Source: the human T2T-CHM13v2.0 reference genome, Homo sapiens
Reading direction: 5' to 3' (one strand)
DNA length: 64,000 bases
Assembly: GCF_009914755.1 (NCBI RefSeq)
Contig: NC_060929.1
The notes under the pieces are model-generated. The model made no database searches. It saw only the letters and a list, made by a program, of their open reading frames with translations, and was not told where the DNA came from. Shown here piece after piece: positions 63,666 through 64,000 of the stretch (the first letter of the stretch is position 1; each line of letters opens with the position of its first letter). Both the position numbers and the translations under genes were made by a program.

Positions 63666-64000
63666 TGATATGGTTCGGCTGTGTCCCCACCCAAATCTCA
63701 TCTTGAATTGTAACTCCCACAATTCCCACATGTTGTGGGAGGTGACTGAATTATGGGAGTGGGTCTTTCCTGGGCTGTTCTCGTGATAGTGAATGAGTCT
63801 CATGAGATCCGATGGTTTTAAAAATGGGAACTTTCCTGCACAAGCTCTCTTTTGCCTGCCGTCATCCACATAAGACGTGATTTGCTCCTCCTTGCCTTCC
63901 ACCATGTTTGTGAGGCCTCCCCAGCCATGTGGAACTGTAAGTTCAGTTAAATCTCTTTCTTTTGTAAATTGGCCAGTCTCAGGTATCAGCAGCATGAAAA
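63666..64000 (+). mobile_element. THE1 (THE1C/D-like) LTR inserted in L1; runs off the window end
   Basis: tgatatggttcggctgtgtccccacccaaatctcatcttgaattgtaactccc... Confidence 0.9.

Overview
Human/primate genomic DNA (Alu, L1 and LTR dense; no prokaryotic features) covering the 5' end of the FER tyrosine kinase gene on the + strand. It contains an upstream non-coding first exon (donor at 6617/6618) and a CpG-island promoter with a probable alternative first exon (~6.9-8.2 kb). A 146-nt non-coding exon 2 (26708-26853) is packed with upstream AUGs, and the first coding exon (56736-57001; CDS 56795-57001) encodes [22 protein letters not shown]..., the start of the F-BAR domain. Intron 2 holds a processed RACK1 pseudogene (~42.7-44.2 kb), inserted into old L1-like sequence and itself split by a MER9 (HERV-K HML-3) solo LTR with a perfect 6-bp TSD, plus a sense-oriented MER52-type LTR. 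The rest is about 30 Alus, antisense L1s, MaLR/THE1 LTRs, Tigger1, MER44, MER96 and MER53. Almost all ORFs in the supplied track are repeat-derived artefacts. I found no convincing wholly new biological system. The best leads are the multi-uORF leader of FER with possible repeat-driven bypass promoters, a 162-codon ORF in the RACK1 pseudogene, and a templated-insertion repair scar at 61.36-61.44 kb. Repeat subfamily names come from recalled consensus sequences and need RepeatMasker/Dfam confirmation.
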